Shown: positions 19,394 through 30,884, numbered from the stretch's first letter. The stretch: 64,000 nucleotides of DNA from Nitrospirota bacterium (GCA_963721805.1 CAVRJY010000002.1:32001-96000); one strand, 5' to 3'. Notes: generated by a model from the sequence alone, not told the origin. A program made the numbers and translations.

Positions 19394-19424
19394 AAAGAAA
19401 CGCCCCGCATCGTCACGGGGCGTT
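19394..19424 (-). terminator. Hairpin terminator after the second PII gene
   Basis: AACGCCCCG/CGGGGCGTT stem followed by TTCTTT on the minus strand. Confidence 0.6.
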
Positions 19425-19461
19425 CCCTGAGGGGTTAGTTAATATCCGGGCGTCGCGGCGA

Positions 19462-19800
<339 letters not shown>

Positions 19801-19813
19801 TTATCCGGTCCTC

Positions 19814-21455
19814 CTATCTGTGTGTGTGGCGCGTCTGGAAGTCAGGGTATGCGGTGACGCCCACCTCGGCCTGGTCCAGACCTTCGATTTCGACCTCTTC
19901 AGGGACCCTGAGCTTGATGAACTTGTCGAGGACCTTGAAGAAGACGTATGAGATCGCAAATACGTATACGAAGTTCGTCAGCGTGCCTATGCACTGGGCC
20001 GCGAACTGCGAGGCGTCACCATAGAACAGGCCCTTGACCGTGCCGGCCACGCCGTTGAAGCCGTCGCCGTAGGTGCCGTCCGCGAAGAGGCCCAGGGAGA
20101 GCACGCCCCATGCGCCGTTTACGCCGTGCACTGAAAACGCGCCTACCGGATCGTCGACTTTGAGCGTGCGCTCGACGAAGAACACCGAGATGATGACGAG
20201 TATGCCCGCTATCGCGCCGATCAGCACCGCCGAGGGCGCGGTGACGAAAGCGCACGGAGCGGTGATCGCGACGAGCCCGGCCAGCATGCCGTTGCACATC
20301 ATGCTGATGTCAGGCTTGCCGTAGCGAGCCCACATGAAGATCATCGAGGAGAACGCGCCGGCGGCCGAGGCGAGCATCGTGTTGGTCGCGATGACGCCGA
20401 TGCGGAGGTCGCCGCCCGCGAGCGTCGAGCCCGCATTGAAACCGAACCAGCCGAAGGCCAGTATGAACGTGCCGACGACGGCCATCGGGATGTGGTGGCC
20501 GGGGATCGCGAAGATCTTGCCGTCCTTATACTTGCCGATCCTGGGGCCGAGCACTATCGCGCCGGCGAGGGCCGCGACGCCGCCGGTCATGTGCACGACG
20601 GACGATCCGGCGAAGTCCACGTGGCCGTGGCCGAGGCCGAAGTTCGTGCCGAGCTGCGGAGAGGAACCCGCCGCCCCATACCCAGTTGGCGAAGAGCGGG
20701 TAGATAACCGCTCCGACGAATATGCCGTATATGATGAAGCTCTTGAAGCTCCAGCGCTCGGCCATCGAGCCGGTCGGGATCGTCGCTGTCGTGTCCATGA
20801 AGACCATCTGGAACAGGAAGAGCGCGAAGACCGAGGCGTCATACGTCACGCCCGAGAGGAAAAATCCCCTCATCCCGAACAGGCCCATGTCGTGGCCGAA
20901 CAGGTGAAGCGTGAACTCGTGGTTGAGTACGCCTGCGCCACCGAGCGAGGCCACGCCGCCCACGCCTCCCATCTGGAGCGCGAAGCCGCATATCCAGTAG
21001 CCGAGCATGCCCAAGCCGTACACCATGAAGTTCATGGCCATCGTGTGGCCCGCGTTCTTGGCCTGCGTGAAACCGGCCTCGACCATCGCGAAGCCTGCCT
21101 GCATGAACATGACCAGGAACCCGGCGACCAGCGTCCAGACCATGTTGATAGCTATCCTGTTGTGGCCGATGACGTCCGCGAGCTTCGTGGCCAGGGGCTC
21201 GGCCTTCGAGAGCGCCGCCATGTCCTCCTTGCTCGGGGCGCCGGAGGTCGCGCCTATCACGTCCGCGGCGCCGCCTGTGTTCGCGCCCGAGGGATCAGGC
21301 TTCGGCTCTTCAGCGGCAGCCGCAGGAGCCGCCGGAGCGGTCGTGGCCGTGGCGTTGACTGCCGCAGGCGCAACTGCGGCTTCGTCGGCATACGCCAGAT
21401 ATGCCGAGCCCGCTATCATTACAATCATCATCAGTGCCATCAACAACCGCTTCAT
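19814..21455 (-). CDS. amt: Second ammonium transporter; +1 frameshift near 20658 (probably sequencing error)
   Basis: N-half FMQAGFAMVEAG..NWVWGGGFLS joins C-half QLGTNFGLGHGHVDFAGSSVVH in another frame. Confidence 0.85.
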
Positions 21456-21556
21456 TTCGGTTCACCTCTTTTTCTTAAATGTTTATTTCCCATCGGCCGG
21501 GATAATAATATCGCCGGCCTGCCCCCGCCGCTGATTCGAGATATCGACATGACTAT

Positions 21557-21660
21557 TGCCAGAAGCATGCCAGCGGCTATCGGCTTGATTTATAAAGGAA
21601 CTGCAAAGGGAACAAAGATGAGACGAGATGCCGATGTTGTAGGGCGCTTACGTTTTTGTC
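21557..21660 (-). promoter_or_regulatory. sigma54 promoter with paired upstream boxes
   Basis: Minus strand TGGCATG-N4-TGGCA (21557-21572); boxes GACAAAAACGTA and TACAACATCGGC 19 bp apart. Confidence 0.65.
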
Positions 21661-21693
21661 GAGGGTTGCGTCGTGGATGCGGTTGAAGATGGC

Positions 21694-22263
21694 TTACTTA
21701 GTGACAGGTACTATCCCGTATTCGCGAAGGGCCGCGCTGACCTCATTGACAGGAAGCCCGATCACGTTATCGAGCGGGCCGTCGATGGACTTGACGAACG
21801 CGGCGGCACCGCCCTGGATCGCATACGCGCCTGCCTTGCCAATCGGCTCGCCGGTGACGACATACGCGGCTATCTCGGCCTCGTTAAGCGGCCGGAAACG
21901 TACTTTTGTCGCGACCGCTCCGGATGCCATCTTATCGCCTTCGAGCACCGCGTAGCCGGTGATCACCTCGTGCTCAGCCCCGCCAAGCATTTCAAGCATT
22001 CGCGTAGCGTCGGCATCGTCGCGCGGCTTGCCGAGCACGCTCGCGCCGATCACGACTATCGTATCAGCGGCGAGCACGACCGCATCAGGCATGTGCATGG
22101 CTCGGGCCTTGCCCTCCGCGATCACGCGCGCAAGCTCAACGGGATCAAGTGTGAGGGTCATGTCTTCAACATAGGGACTCTCGATCACAGAGAACTCGTA
22201 TCCGGCATCGGCGAGCAGCTTGCGCCTGCGCGGGGATGCCGAGGCGAGTACGAGCCTAGACAT
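21694..22263 (-). CDS. maf: Maf-family nucleotide pyrophosphatase
   Basis: Motifs LASASPRR, ADTIV, GKP, KAGAYAIQG and NVIGLP. Confidence 0.95.
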   Translation of the reverse strand: MSRLVLASASPRRRKLLADAGYEFSVIESPYVEDMTLTLDPVELARVIAEGKARAMHMPDAVVLAADTIVVIGASVLGKPRDDADATRMLEMLGGAEHEVITGYAVLEGDKMASGAVATKVRFRPLNEAEIAAYVVTGEPIGKAGAYAIQGGAAAFVKSIDGPLDNVIGLPVNEVSAALREYGIVPVTK

Positions 22264-23422
22264 ATTCCGCTGCCGCGTGGCCCGAGGCCCATGCCCAGTG
22301 CAGGTTATACCCGCCGAGGTCCCCCGTGACGTCGAGCACCTCGCCTATGAAGTAGAGCCCCTTCACCCCCGAGGCCTCGAAGGTCTTCGACGATATCGCT
22401 GTGGTGCGCACGCCGCCTTTCGTCACCTCCGCCTTGTCCCAGCCCTCTGTACCGGCCGGGATTATCTCCCACCTGCCGAGCCTCTCGGCGATCATGCGCA
22501 ACTCGCGCTCCGGGATCTCGCGCATCGGACGCGATCCTCCGGCCAGCCGCGCCAGCAGCTCGGCCAGGCGCTGCGGCATATGGCGGCCAAGCAGGGTCTT
22601 GAGTTCCATCTTCTCGGCGCGGCCATCCATCAGCACCTCAAGCGCATCAGGCATAAACTCGATATGAAGAGGCCTGCCGTCCGTCCAGTGCAGCGAGGCC
22701 CGAAGCCCGGCCGGGCCCGAGAGCCCGCGGTGAGTTATAAGGAGTTCGTCGCTGAGCTCGTGGCCGTCAGGGCAGAGGATCGTGACGTGGTGCGAGATGC
22801 CGGAGAGCTGCCCCCATACCGCGCGTTCGTCCTTGCTGAGCACGAACGGCACGAGCGCCGGGCGCGGCTGCACGACATCGAGCCCGAAGCTGCGGGCGAG
22901 GTCGAGGCCGAGCGCGGAGGCGCCGAGCTTTTCGTACGATAGCCCGCCAGTAGCTATCACCAGCGACTTGCACTCGATGATCCCGTGCACCTCCGTGAAC
23001 ACCCTGAAGCGCGCGCCCTTCTTATCCGCGCCCGCGACCTTCGCGCCGAACCGGAAGCCCGCCCCGGCAGCCGTCGCATCCTCATGGAGCATCGCCGCGA
23101 CCTGTGCGGCCGATCCGAGGCAGAACAGCCTTCCCTGCTCGCGCTCCTCCCATTCGATACCGTGGCGGTCCAGGAGCGCGGTGAAGTCGCGCGGAGTGAA
23201 CCGCGCGAGCGCTGATTTCACGAAGTGCGGATTTTCAGAGACGTAGTGCCCGGGGGTCATATCGAGGTTGCTGAAGTTGCACCTGCCGCCGCCGGTGGCC
23301 ATGATCTTCACTCCGGGCCGGGGGTTATGGTCGAGGACGAGCACGTCCCGGCCGCGAGACGCCGCGCCTGCCGCACAGATCAGCCCGGCCGCACCGGCCC
23401 CTATGATCACGACATCGTTCAT
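22256..23422 (-). CDS. HI0933/BaiN-family flavoprotein
   Basis: Motifs GAGAAG, TGGGRCNFSN, VTKGGV and GGYNLHWAWASG. Confidence 0.9.
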   Translation of the reverse strand: MNDVVIIGAGAAGLICAAGAASRGRDVLVLDHNPRPGVKIMATGGGRCNFSNLDMTPGHYVSENPHFVKSALARFTPRDFTALLDRHGIEWEEREQGRLFCLGSAAQVAAMLHEDATAAGAGFRFGAKVAGADKKGARFRVFTEVHGIIECKSLVIATGGLSYEKLGASALGLDLARSFGLDVVQPRPALVPFVLSKDERAVWGQLSGISHHVTILCPDGHELSDELLITHRGLSGPAGLRASLHWTDGRPLHIEFMPDALEVLMDGRAEKMELKTLLGRHMPQRLAELLARLAGGSRPMREIPERELRMIAERLGRWEIIPAGTEGWDKAEVTKGGVRTTAISSKTFEASGVKGLYFIGEVLDVTGDLGGYNLHWAWASGHAAAEYV

Positions 23423-23553
23423 GATCTATATTCTACTTCAGCAGCCGTCCCGGCCGCATCCGCGCAGCGGAAACCCTTGACATGGAACGATGGGCTGCAT
23501 ATTATAGTTGCAGGTTAGGGTATGAAATGGCGGACAACCTAAGGAGGCGGAGG

Positions 23554-24735
23554 ATGGCTGGCATAGAGGAAGCGAGGAAAAGGCTGAACGTCCCCGCGGG
23601 CAACAGGCTGATCCTCTGCCTCGACGGCGGAGGGATACGAGGGATAATGACCCTGCAGCTCCTAAAGGCGCTCGAGGCCAGCGCAGGGGTATCGTGCCTC
23701 GAACTGTTCGATATGGTCGCCGGGACATCGACCGGCGGCATAATAGCGGGGCTGCTGGCCGCCGGCAAGACGATTGATGAGATCGGGGCCCTGTATGAGC
23801 AACTAGTAAAACAGGTATTCACTAAGAAAAGCGTCATAGCGAACCGCTTTGCAAACCCTCCCGAATACACCAAGAAATACTACCGCAAAAAGCTCAAGCA
23901 GACCACTGGCGATATCACGATTGCCGAGGCATGCAAGAAACAGAAGATCGACCTGATGCTGACATCCAAGGACGTGGCCGCGGGCGAGGAGACATTCTTC
24001 TCGTTCTTCCATGAGGACAGCACCGGGGCGAACACCTATGGCGAGGTGCTGCTTCGGGCCGCGATGGAGGCTACGATGTCAGCGCCGACGTACTTCACCC
24101 CTTTGGAGAGGTTCGTCGACGGCGGCGTCACGACATATAACAACCCCTCGCTCGCGGCCGTGATCGAGGCTGTGAAGTACGGCACGCCGGGCAAGTATTC
24201 GAGCGGCGCCCTTACGGTATTCAGCTTCGGCACCGGCTGCAGGCCGCAGTTTGTAAGCCCGGCGAACGTCCCCGACCCTGACGGCCCGGACGCCGCGTTC
24301 TGGCTCCAGTGGCTGATGACCGAGGCCGGTGACGACGCCTCGGACATGCAGGGCTTCCTCTTCCGCTCCGGCTTCATAGCAGGGCTCGATTACCGCCGTT
24401 TTCAGATCTCGCTCGATGAAAAAGCCATCGGGCAGCTCCCGGACTGCGATATCTCAGGCATCCCGGAGGTGAACGCGGACCGCCTCAAAGACCTCCCGGA
24501 CGAGGTACTGAAGGGCATCGCGCTCGATGACGTCGGCCGCTTTCCACTGATGAAGGTGATCGGCCGGCAGATGGCGGAATTCATAAGCGATAAGGAAAAC
24601 CAGCCGGACGGCCCCTTCACGCGTGGGCTGGTCGACGATGACGGGCGGGACCTGCTCGTAACGCGGATTGGAGATAAGGATGCTATTTTAAGGAACATGA
24701 GCGACCCGGCATGGCTCGACAGCCGTCCGGATTGA
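23554..24735 (+). CDS. Patatin-like phospholipase
   Basis: Motifs DGGGIRG, GTSTG, SAP and DGG. Confidence 0.9.
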   Translation: MAGIEEARKRLNVPAGNRLILCLDGGGIRGIMTLQLLKALEASAGVSCLELFDMVAGTSTGGIIAGLLAAGKTIDEIGALYEQLVKQVFTKKSVIANRFANPPEYTKKYYRKKLKQTTGDITIAEACKKQKIDLMLTSKDVAAGEETFFSFFHEDSTGANTYGEVLLRAAMEATMSAPTYFTPLERFVDGGVTTYNNPSLAAVIEAVKYGTPGKYSSGALTVFSFGTGCRPQFVSPANVPDPDGPDAAFWLQWLMTEAGDDASDMQGFLFRSGFIAGLDYRRFQISLDEKAIGQLPDCDISGIPEVNADRLKDLPDEVLKGIALDDVGRFPLMKVIGRQMAEFISDKENQPDGPFTRGLVDDDGRDLLVTRIGDKDAILRNMSDPAWLDSRPD

Positions 24736-24787
24736 TGTTTGAGGCTATCGCGCTGAGGATATAAAACAGGGCGGCCCGTGAGGGCCG

Positions 24788-25822
24788 CTATTGATGCTGA
24801 GCGCGCGAGATCATCTGCTTGATGGCCTTCTTTGCGTTAATTTCAAGTATTTCAATCTCAGGGTGCATATTAGCGAAAACCCTGAAGACCTCGTCAGCAA
24901 AGGGCTGCCCGATAGTGTCTATACCCTCGAAATTCAATACGACCACCTTGAAACGTTCGAATCGCGCCAAAAGTCGTTTGGCCTGTGAGCGCGATATCAA
25001 TTGCTCATCTCCGTATCTGGCAAGGCGCACAGGTACGACAGTCTTTGAGAAGGTGAACTCCTCGTCGCTCGTAAACTTATTGAAAACGCCCTGTGTGGTA
25101 CGGGTCGTGCCGTTATTGAGCTCCATATAAACCCCTGTGCCCATTACATCATCATCGTGGTTCAGTGCCCAGTATTTGTCGCTGGCTGCTCGGTGAGAAA
25201 ATGACATGTCGTGTGAGTAAATAACAAAATAGTCAAACATATTGGAGGTAAAAAAAATTCCTTCACCGGAGTGTCTAGTCGGGTCGGTCGTAAGTTTTCC
25301 TTTAGAGAGTTCCAGAATCGCATGGTGTTCGTCTTCAAGGTTTAGTTTGCGGACGAGTTTCCTGAATATGCCTTCTCCGTCATCCATGATATTAACCTTG
25401 GTGCTTGCAGTCGTCATCTTGATAGTTACTATGATAACTTTGCCGCCGGAATGATCGATAGCGTTATTGAGCATCTCAGTGAACCCATACTGGAGAATAT
25501 CCATGACGTTATTGGGAAGCCCCTGCTCATGAAGTTTTGGTGCTATATCATTTCTCCATACCACGTCCTCCTGAAGCTTTCCGTCTAGCTTGTAGGATGT
25601 TTTTAACTCAAAGATCGGTGCAGGCTTATATATGCGACTGCGTCTCTCGCCTTCGGCGATAAGCTTTTTATCGGCCACAAGCGATTGCAGGTGCTTGCCA
25701 ACGGCCTGACGTGAGATGCCGAAATGCTCCGCTGAATATGAGGCGATGTCATTTTTGTGGGCGCTTACGTGAGACAGGATAAACCGCCTGACATCCTCAC
25801 TCTTTGTGCGCTTGACCGCCAT
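24788..25822 (-). CDS. HTH + HATPase + STAS-like (DUF4325) protein
   Basis: HTH GISRQAVGKHL; EMLNNAIDHS, DDGEG, HSGEGIFF; C-terminal SRSQAKRL..FADEVF. Confidence 0.8.
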   Translation of the reverse strand: MAVKRTKSEDVRRFILSHVSAHKNDIASYSAEHFGISRQAVGKHLQSLVADKKLIAEGERRSRIYKPAPIFELKTSYKLDGKLQEDVVWRNDIAPKLHEQGLPNNVMDILQYGFTEMLNNAIDHSGGKVIIVTIKMTTASTKVNIMDDGEGIFRKLVRKLNLEDEHHAILELSKGKLTTDPTRHSGEGIFFTSNMFDYFVIYSHDMSFSHRAASDKYWALNHDDDVMGTGVYMELNNGTTRTTQGVFNKFTSDEEFTFSKTVVPVRLARYGDEQLISRSQAKRLLARFERFKVVVLNFEGIDTIGQPFADEVFRVFANMHPEIEILEINAKKAIKQMISRAQHQ

Positions 25823-25907
25823 TATTCGGCCATCTCCTGATTGACAATATCCATAGCTTATTTTAGCAACTTATATGGTATATTTGTCAATGTTAAATGG
25901 TAAGTAA

Positions 25908-25941
25908 AAAACATGGGGCGGCCCCTGCGGGCCGCCCCATG
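25908..25941 (-). terminator. fhs terminator
   Basis: CATGGGGCGGCCC/GGGCCGCCCCATG stem next to an A run (U tail on minus strand). Confidence 0.8.
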
Positions 25942-25994
25942 TGGAAAATCGACTCCTTATACCCCGACAAATCCAGAGGATTTGGGGGGAGTGT

Positions 25995-27758
25995 TTAGAA
26001 TAATCCCTTGACCTTGCCGGTCTCGGTATCGACGTCCACCCTGCGGTAGGCTGGGTCTGAGCTCGTGCCGGGCATGAGCTTTATCGTGCCCGCGACCGGG
26101 ACGACGAAACCCGCGCCCTTGTAAGTGAGGATGTCGCGGATCTGGAGCCTCCAGCCCTTCGGCACGCCTTTTAAGCTCGGGTTGTCGGTCAGGGAGAGGT
26201 GGGTCTTGACCATGCAGGTGCCGAGCTTCGCGAGCTCCGGGTCGGCCTCCATCTTTTTTGCCTTGGCCTCGGCCTCGGCCGTGTAGTCCACGCCGTCAGC
26301 GCCGTAGACCTCGGTAGCGATCAGCTCGATGCGCTTTCTAAGCGGGGTCTCGATCTCGTAGAGGAACTTGAAGTCGTTAGGCTCGTTGCACGCGTCGACG
26401 ACCGCGTCGGCGAGCTCGAGCGCGCCCTCTCCGCCGTACTGCCAGTGCTTGCTAAGCGCGACGCGCGCCCCCGCGGCCTCGGCGATCCTCCGCACGGCCT
26501 TGATCTCGTTGTCCGTGTCGCTGTAGAAGGCGTTGATGCAGACGACCGGGTTGATCCCGGCCTTCTTGATGGTGTTGACGTGGTGGATGAGGTTCGCGCA
26601 TCCGGCCTCGACCCAGCCGACGTTCTCGCCGGTGTACTCCGACGGCATCGGCTTTCCGGGCACAGGGATCGGCGCGCCGCCGTGGCACTTAAGCGCGCGT
26701 ATCGTCGCGACGAGCACGGCCGCGTGCGGTTTTAATCCGGAATAGCGGCACTTCAGGTTCCAGAACTTCTCGAATCCGATGTCGGCCGCGAAGCCGCTCT
26801 CGGTGACGTTGTAGTCCGCGAGCTTCAGGCCGATGCGGTCAGCGATGATCGAGCTCTGCCCGATCGCGATATTCGCGAAAGGCCCGGCGTGCACGAGCAC
26901 GGGCTGGCCCTCGATCGTCTGGATGAGGTTCGGGTTTAGGGCCTCGACCATCCATGCGGTCATCGCGCCCGCGACGTCGAGGTCCTCGGTCGTGATCGGC
27001 GCGCCGCTCTTGCTGTATGCCACGACCATCCTGCCCATGCGCTCGCGCATGTCCTTGAGGTCCTTCGCCACGGCCAGTATCGCCATGATCTCGGACGATA
27101 CCGCTATCGCGAAGCCGGACTGCATCATGAAGCCGTCCATCTTGGTGCCCATGCCGATTACGATGTTGCGCAGCGACTGGGCGCAGAAGTCGATGATCCA
27201 CTTCATCTCGACGTTGCGCGGGTCGATGTCGAGCCTCTTGAGTTTTCTCTTGGCAAGCTGCTCGTCGTTATAGTTGGCCTCGTGCTGCATGCGGGAGGTA
27301 AGGGCGACCATCGCGAGGTTGTGCGCGTTGATGATCGCGTTCATGTCGCCCGTGAGGCCGAGCGAGAACGGCGTAAGCGGGATGCACTGGCTCAGGCCGC
27401 CGCCCGCTGCCGAGCCCTTGATGTTCATCGTCGGGCCGCCGGAGGGCTGGCGGATAGCGGCTATTACGCTCTTGCCTCGCTTGCCGAGGCCCTGCGTCAG
27501 GCCGATCGTGGTCGTGGACTTGCCCTCGCCAAGGGGCGTGGGGGTGATCGCGGTGACGTCGATGTACTTGCCGTCGGGCCTGCCCGCGGTGCGCTTCAGC
27601 ACGGCCTTGAAATCGATCTTGCCGATGTGGTGGCCGTGGGGCAGGAGCTCCTGCTTCTCGAGGCCGAGTTTCTCGGCAATCTCGTATATGCTCTTCATGT
27701 TCTTCTCGGCGTCTTCTGCTATCTGCCAGTCTGCGTTCTTCGTCGGATCAAGCGCCAT
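25995..27758 (-). CDS. fhs: Formate-tetrahydrofolate ligase
   Basis: Motifs [22 protein letters not shown] and ATIRALK. Confidence 0.97.
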   Translation of the reverse strand: MALDPTKNADWQIAEDAEKNMKSIYEIAEKLGLEKQELLPHGHHIGKIDFKAVLKRTAGRPDGKYIDVTAITPTPLGEGKSTTTIGLTQGLGKRGKSVIAAIRQPSGGPTMNIKGSAAGGGLSQCIPLTPFSLGLTGDMNAIINAHNLAMVALTSRMQHEANYNDEQLAKRKLKRLDIDPRNVEMKWIIDFCAQSLRNIVIGMGTKMDGFMMQSGFAIAVSSEIMAILAVAKDLKDMRERMGRMVVAYSKSGAPITTEDLDVAGAMTAWMVEALNPNLIQTIEGQPVLVHAGPFANIAIGQSSIIADRIGLKLADYNVTESGFAADIGFEKFWNLKCRYSGLKPHAAVLVATIRALKCHGGAPIPVPGKPMPSEYTGENVGWVEAGCANLIHHVNTIKKAGINPVVCINAFYSDTDNEIKAVRRIAEAAGARVALSKHWQYGGEGALELADAVVDACNEPNDFKFLYEIETPLRKRIELIATEVYGADGVDYTAEAEAKAKKMEADPELAKLGTCMVKTHLSLTDNPSLKGVPKGWRLQIRDILTYKGAGFVVPVAGTIKLMPGTSSDPAYRRVDVDTETGKVKGLF

Positions 27759-27854
27759 CTCTCTCTAGTCCTCCCTGTATGGTATAGTGCATGTCATCTC
27801 GCGCAATCATCTATAGTGCAATTAGGCGGCCCCCAAGCGGAGGCCGCCTTCATA

Positions 27855-29693
27855 TCATTCCCTGTCTATGGATGCGAACTTGCAGGCGTCGAAGCACGCA
27901 CCGCACTTTATGCACTTGTCCTGGTCGATCTCGTGCGGCTTTTTCTTCTCGCCGGAGACCGCTCCCGAGGGGCATGCGCGCTTGCACGCGCCGCATCCGG
28001 TGCAGGTCTTGGGTATGACCAGGTACTTAAGCAGCGGCTTGCAGACCTTGGCCGGGCACCGGCCCTGGATGTGCGCCTCGTACTCGTCGCGGAAATAGCG
28101 TATCGTGCTAAGTATCGGGTTGGGCGCGCCCTGCCCCAAGCCGCAGAGCGAGGAGTCGATGACCGTCCTGCCGAGGTCCTCGAGCGTCTCGATGTCGCCG
28201 GGCTTGCCGTGGCCGGTCGTGATGCGCTCCATGATCTCAAGGAGGCGCTTCGTCCCGATGCGGCACGGGACGCACTTGCCGCACGACTCCTCCTGCGTGA
28301 AGTGCAGGAAGTACTTGGCGATGCTCACCATGCAGTCGTCCTCGTCCAGTACGATCATCCCGCCGGAGCCCACGAACGAGCCGATCTTCTTCAGCGACTC
28401 AAAATCCACCGGCGTGTCGATCAGCGAGTAGGGGATGCAGCCTCCGGATGGCCCTCCGGTCTGTACGGCTTTGAGCTGCTTGTCGCCCTCGATCCCGCCG
28501 CCCACGTTATAGATGATCTCGCGTAGCGGCATGCCCATCGGGACCTCGATCAGCCCGGTGTTGCGCACCTTGCCGGTCAGGGCGAAGGCCTTAGTGCCGG
28601 TCGACTGCTCGGTGCCATAGGACTTAAACCAGTCCGCGCCCTTGACTATGATGTACGGGACGTTGGCGAACGTCTCGACGTTGTTTAAGACCGAGGGCTT
28701 GTTCCAGAGGCCCTTGTATACGGAGTTCGGCGGGGTCTGGCGGGGCATCCCGCGCTTGCCCTCGATAGAGCGCATAAGGGCGGTGGACTCTCCGCATACG
28801 AACGCCCCGGCGCCCTGGTAGAGGTCGATCTCGAGCGAGTAGCCGGTGCCGAGGATGTTCTTGCCCAGCAGGTTGCGCTCCTTGGCCTCGCGGATAGCGA
28901 TGTTCAGGCGCTCTACGGCTATGGGGTATTCGGCCCGGACGTATATGTAGCCCTGGTCAGCGCCTATGGCGTAGCCGCCGATTATCATGCCCTCGATGAC
29001 GGAGTGGGGGTTGCCCTCCAGTATCGCGCGGTCCATGAACGCGCCGGGGTCGCCCTCGTCCGCGTTGCAGATGATGTAGTGCTGGTCGGACTGCGCCTTG
29101 CGGCAGCTGTCCCACTTGCGCCCTGTAGGGAAGCCCGCGCCGCCGCGGCCGCGAAGGCCGGACTGCGTGATCACGTCGATGACCGCCTCCTGGCTCATCG
29201 GGGAGCGGACGAACTGCGCGGTTCCGCAGGAGCACTCGGAACTCTCGGCGGCCGTTTTATCTGCGGAAGGGGCGGGAGCGAGGACCTTCCTTAGCGCCGC
29301 GTACCCCCCGGCGCTGATGTATGACTCTATGCTCTCGGGGTCCACGACGCCCACGTCCGCAAGCACGATCTTGGCCTGGCCCTTGTGGAACTTGTGGTAT
29401 TCCTCCGGCACGAGCCACTCGGCCACCGGAGTGCCGCCCGCGACGTGCTCGGCCACGATGCGCTCGACCATATCGGGCTTGACGTACTGATAGGTGAATG
29501 AGCCGTTATCGGCTATCACCTCGACCAGGCAGTCGCGCGAGCAGAGGCCCTTGCAGCCGACCTGGTGCATCGAGCAGTGCTGCTTGATCGTGGCGGTCAC
29601 GTTTGCGGCCGCGAGGGAGCCCTCGAACGCCTTTATGACGTCAGCGCCGCCGGTGGCTATGCCTCCGGGGCCCATGCAGATGCGGATTTCCAT
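27855..29693 (-). CDS. NuoF/HydB-like NADH-binding flavin Fe-S subunit
   Basis: Motifs GRGGAGFPTG, NADEGDPG, GAFVCGE and SCGKCVPC; two C-terminal 4Fe-4S motifs. Confidence 0.92.
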   Translation of the reverse strand: MEIRICMGPGGIATGGADVIKAFEGSLAAANVTATIKQHCSMHQVGCKGLCSRDCLVEVIADNGSFTYQYVKPDMVERIVAEHVAGGTPVAEWLVPEEYHKFHKGQAKIVLADVGVVDPESIESYISAGGYAALRKVLAPAPSADKTAAESSECSCGTAQFVRSPMSQEAVIDVITQSGLRGRGGAGFPTGRKWDSCRKAQSDQHYIICNADEGDPGAFMDRAILEGNPHSVIEGMIIGGYAIGADQGYIYVRAEYPIAVERLNIAIREAKERNLLGKNILGTGYSLEIDLYQGAGAFVCGESTALMRSIEGKRGMPRQTPPNSVYKGLWNKPSVLNNVETFANVPYIIVKGADWFKSYGTEQSTGTKAFALTGKVRNTGLIEVPMGMPLREIIYNVGGGIEGDKQLKAVQTGGPSGGCIPYSLIDTPVDFESLKKIGSFVGSGGMIVLDEDDCMVSIAKYFLHFTQEESCGKCVPCRIGTKRLLEIMERITTGHGKPGDIETLEDLGRTVIDSSLCGLGQGAPNPILSTIRYFRDEYEAHIQGRCPAKVCKPLLKYLVIPKTCTGCGACKRACPSGAVSGEKKKPHEIDQDKCIKCGACFDACKFASIDRE

Positions 29694-29697
29694 ATTC

Positions 29698-30195
29698 CTA
29701 TAGTCCTTTCAGGTGCCTGATTTCCTTGACAACCGCATCGGGCTTCGCGGTACCATGGACCTTCTTGTTGATCAGCACGGCGGGGGCCATCGAGCAGGTG
29801 CCGAGGCAGGCGACTCGCTCTAAGGTGAACTCCATGTCCTCGGTCGTCCGGCCGCCGTCCTCGAGCCCGAGCTCGGCCTCGGCCTTGGCGTAGATCTTCT
29901 CGGAGCCCTTGACGTGGCACGCGGTGCCGCAGCATACGGTGATCACATTGCGGCCCTTCGGCTCGTGGTAGAACAGCGAGTAGAACGTCGCCACGCCGTA
30001 GAACTTGCTGCGCGGGACGTTCAGGCGGTCGGCGATCCAGTTGACCGCCTCCTCCGGCACGTAGCCGAAGATCTCCTGCATCTCCTGAAGGACAGGGATC
30101 GTGTTGCCCGGCATAGCCCGGTATTTTTCGTAGACGCCCGAGAGTTTTTCGATCGCGCCCGGAGCCGACAAGACGGAAGTCGCAGTATCGCCCAT
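29698..30195 (-). CDS. NuoE/HydC-like 2Fe-2S subunit
   Basis: Motifs VATFY, CCGTACHVKG and CLGTC. Confidence 0.92.
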   Translation of the reverse strand: MGDTATSVLSAPGAIEKLSGVYEKYRAMPGNTIPVLQEMQEIFGYVPEEAVNWIADRLNVPRSKFYGVATFYSLFYHEPKGRNVITVCCGTACHVKGSEKIYAKAEAELGLEDGGRTTEDMEFTLERVACLGTCSMAPAVLINKKVHGTAKPDAVVKEIRHLKGL

Positions 30196-30306
30196 GAGTT
30201 AGTCTCCCTTTGGAAAGCCGGATTAGATATTGTATATGATGAATACGCTATTTTCAACGAAAAGCCCTAATTAAGGCTATTTAAATTATTTATTTATTAA
30301 TTGCTA

Positions 30307-30633
30307 TCAGCGCATCTGAAGCGGCCTGCGCTCCGGCACGTACGCGTGCCTGAGCACGCCGGAGTTCCATTCCCGGCTTACGTACAGGCCGCAGTAGCAG
30401 CTCCCGAACTCAGCGACGTCAGGCTCGCGGTAGACGCACGGGCATATGATGTCGCGGTCGGCCTCGCGGTCGTTCTTCGCCAGGCGGCACGGGCATGAGC
30501 GGTAGCCGTAGCGTGCCTCGTTTTTAAGCAGCCCCTCCATGAGCTGAAGGACATGCCCCTCGTCCGCGTTAAGCTCGAAGCCCTGTTGAGCCGCGAACTT
30601 GCGAAGCGTCTCCATCAGGCGTTCGGGCGTCAT
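30307..30633 (-). CDS. Ferredoxin:thioredoxin reductase catalytic subunit
   Basis: CPC...CPC...CYC motifs. Confidence 0.9.
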   Translation of the reverse strand: MTPERLMETLRKFAAQQGFELNADEGHVLQLMEGLLKNEARYGYRSCPCRLAKNDREADRDIICPCVYREPDVAEFGSCYCGLYVSREWNSGVLRHAYVPERRPLQMR

Positions 30634-30884
30634 TTCCCTGTACAGGCCTCGCGGATCTTCTCCTCGTCATAGCCAACGATCACCTGATCGCCGACGATCA
30701 TCGTCGGGAAGGTCATCGCGGGGTTGTATTTCTTGACCTCGTTTGAGGCTGACCATTGCGAGGAGCCCTCCAGCGTGTCGACCTCGGTGCAGTCGTAGGC
30801 CACGCCGAGGGAGTCCAGCAGGGCCTTCGTCTTGCGGCAGGCCGGGCAGGTGCTCAGGGCATAGAGCTTAACGTTAGTCTGCAT
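30630..30884 (-). CDS. Glutaredoxin/NrdH-like protein
   Basis: CPAC active site and TFPT; overlaps the FTR start. Confidence 0.9.
   Translation of the reverse strand: MQTNVKLYALSTCPACRKTKALLDSLGVAYDCTEVDTLEGSSQWSASNEVKKYNPAMTFPTMIVGDQVIVGYDEEKIREACTGK

Noticed and set aside
23554..24735. Patatin as a CBASS CapV effector
   Set aside because: No CD-NTase or other CBASS gene is adjacent; composition is host-like.
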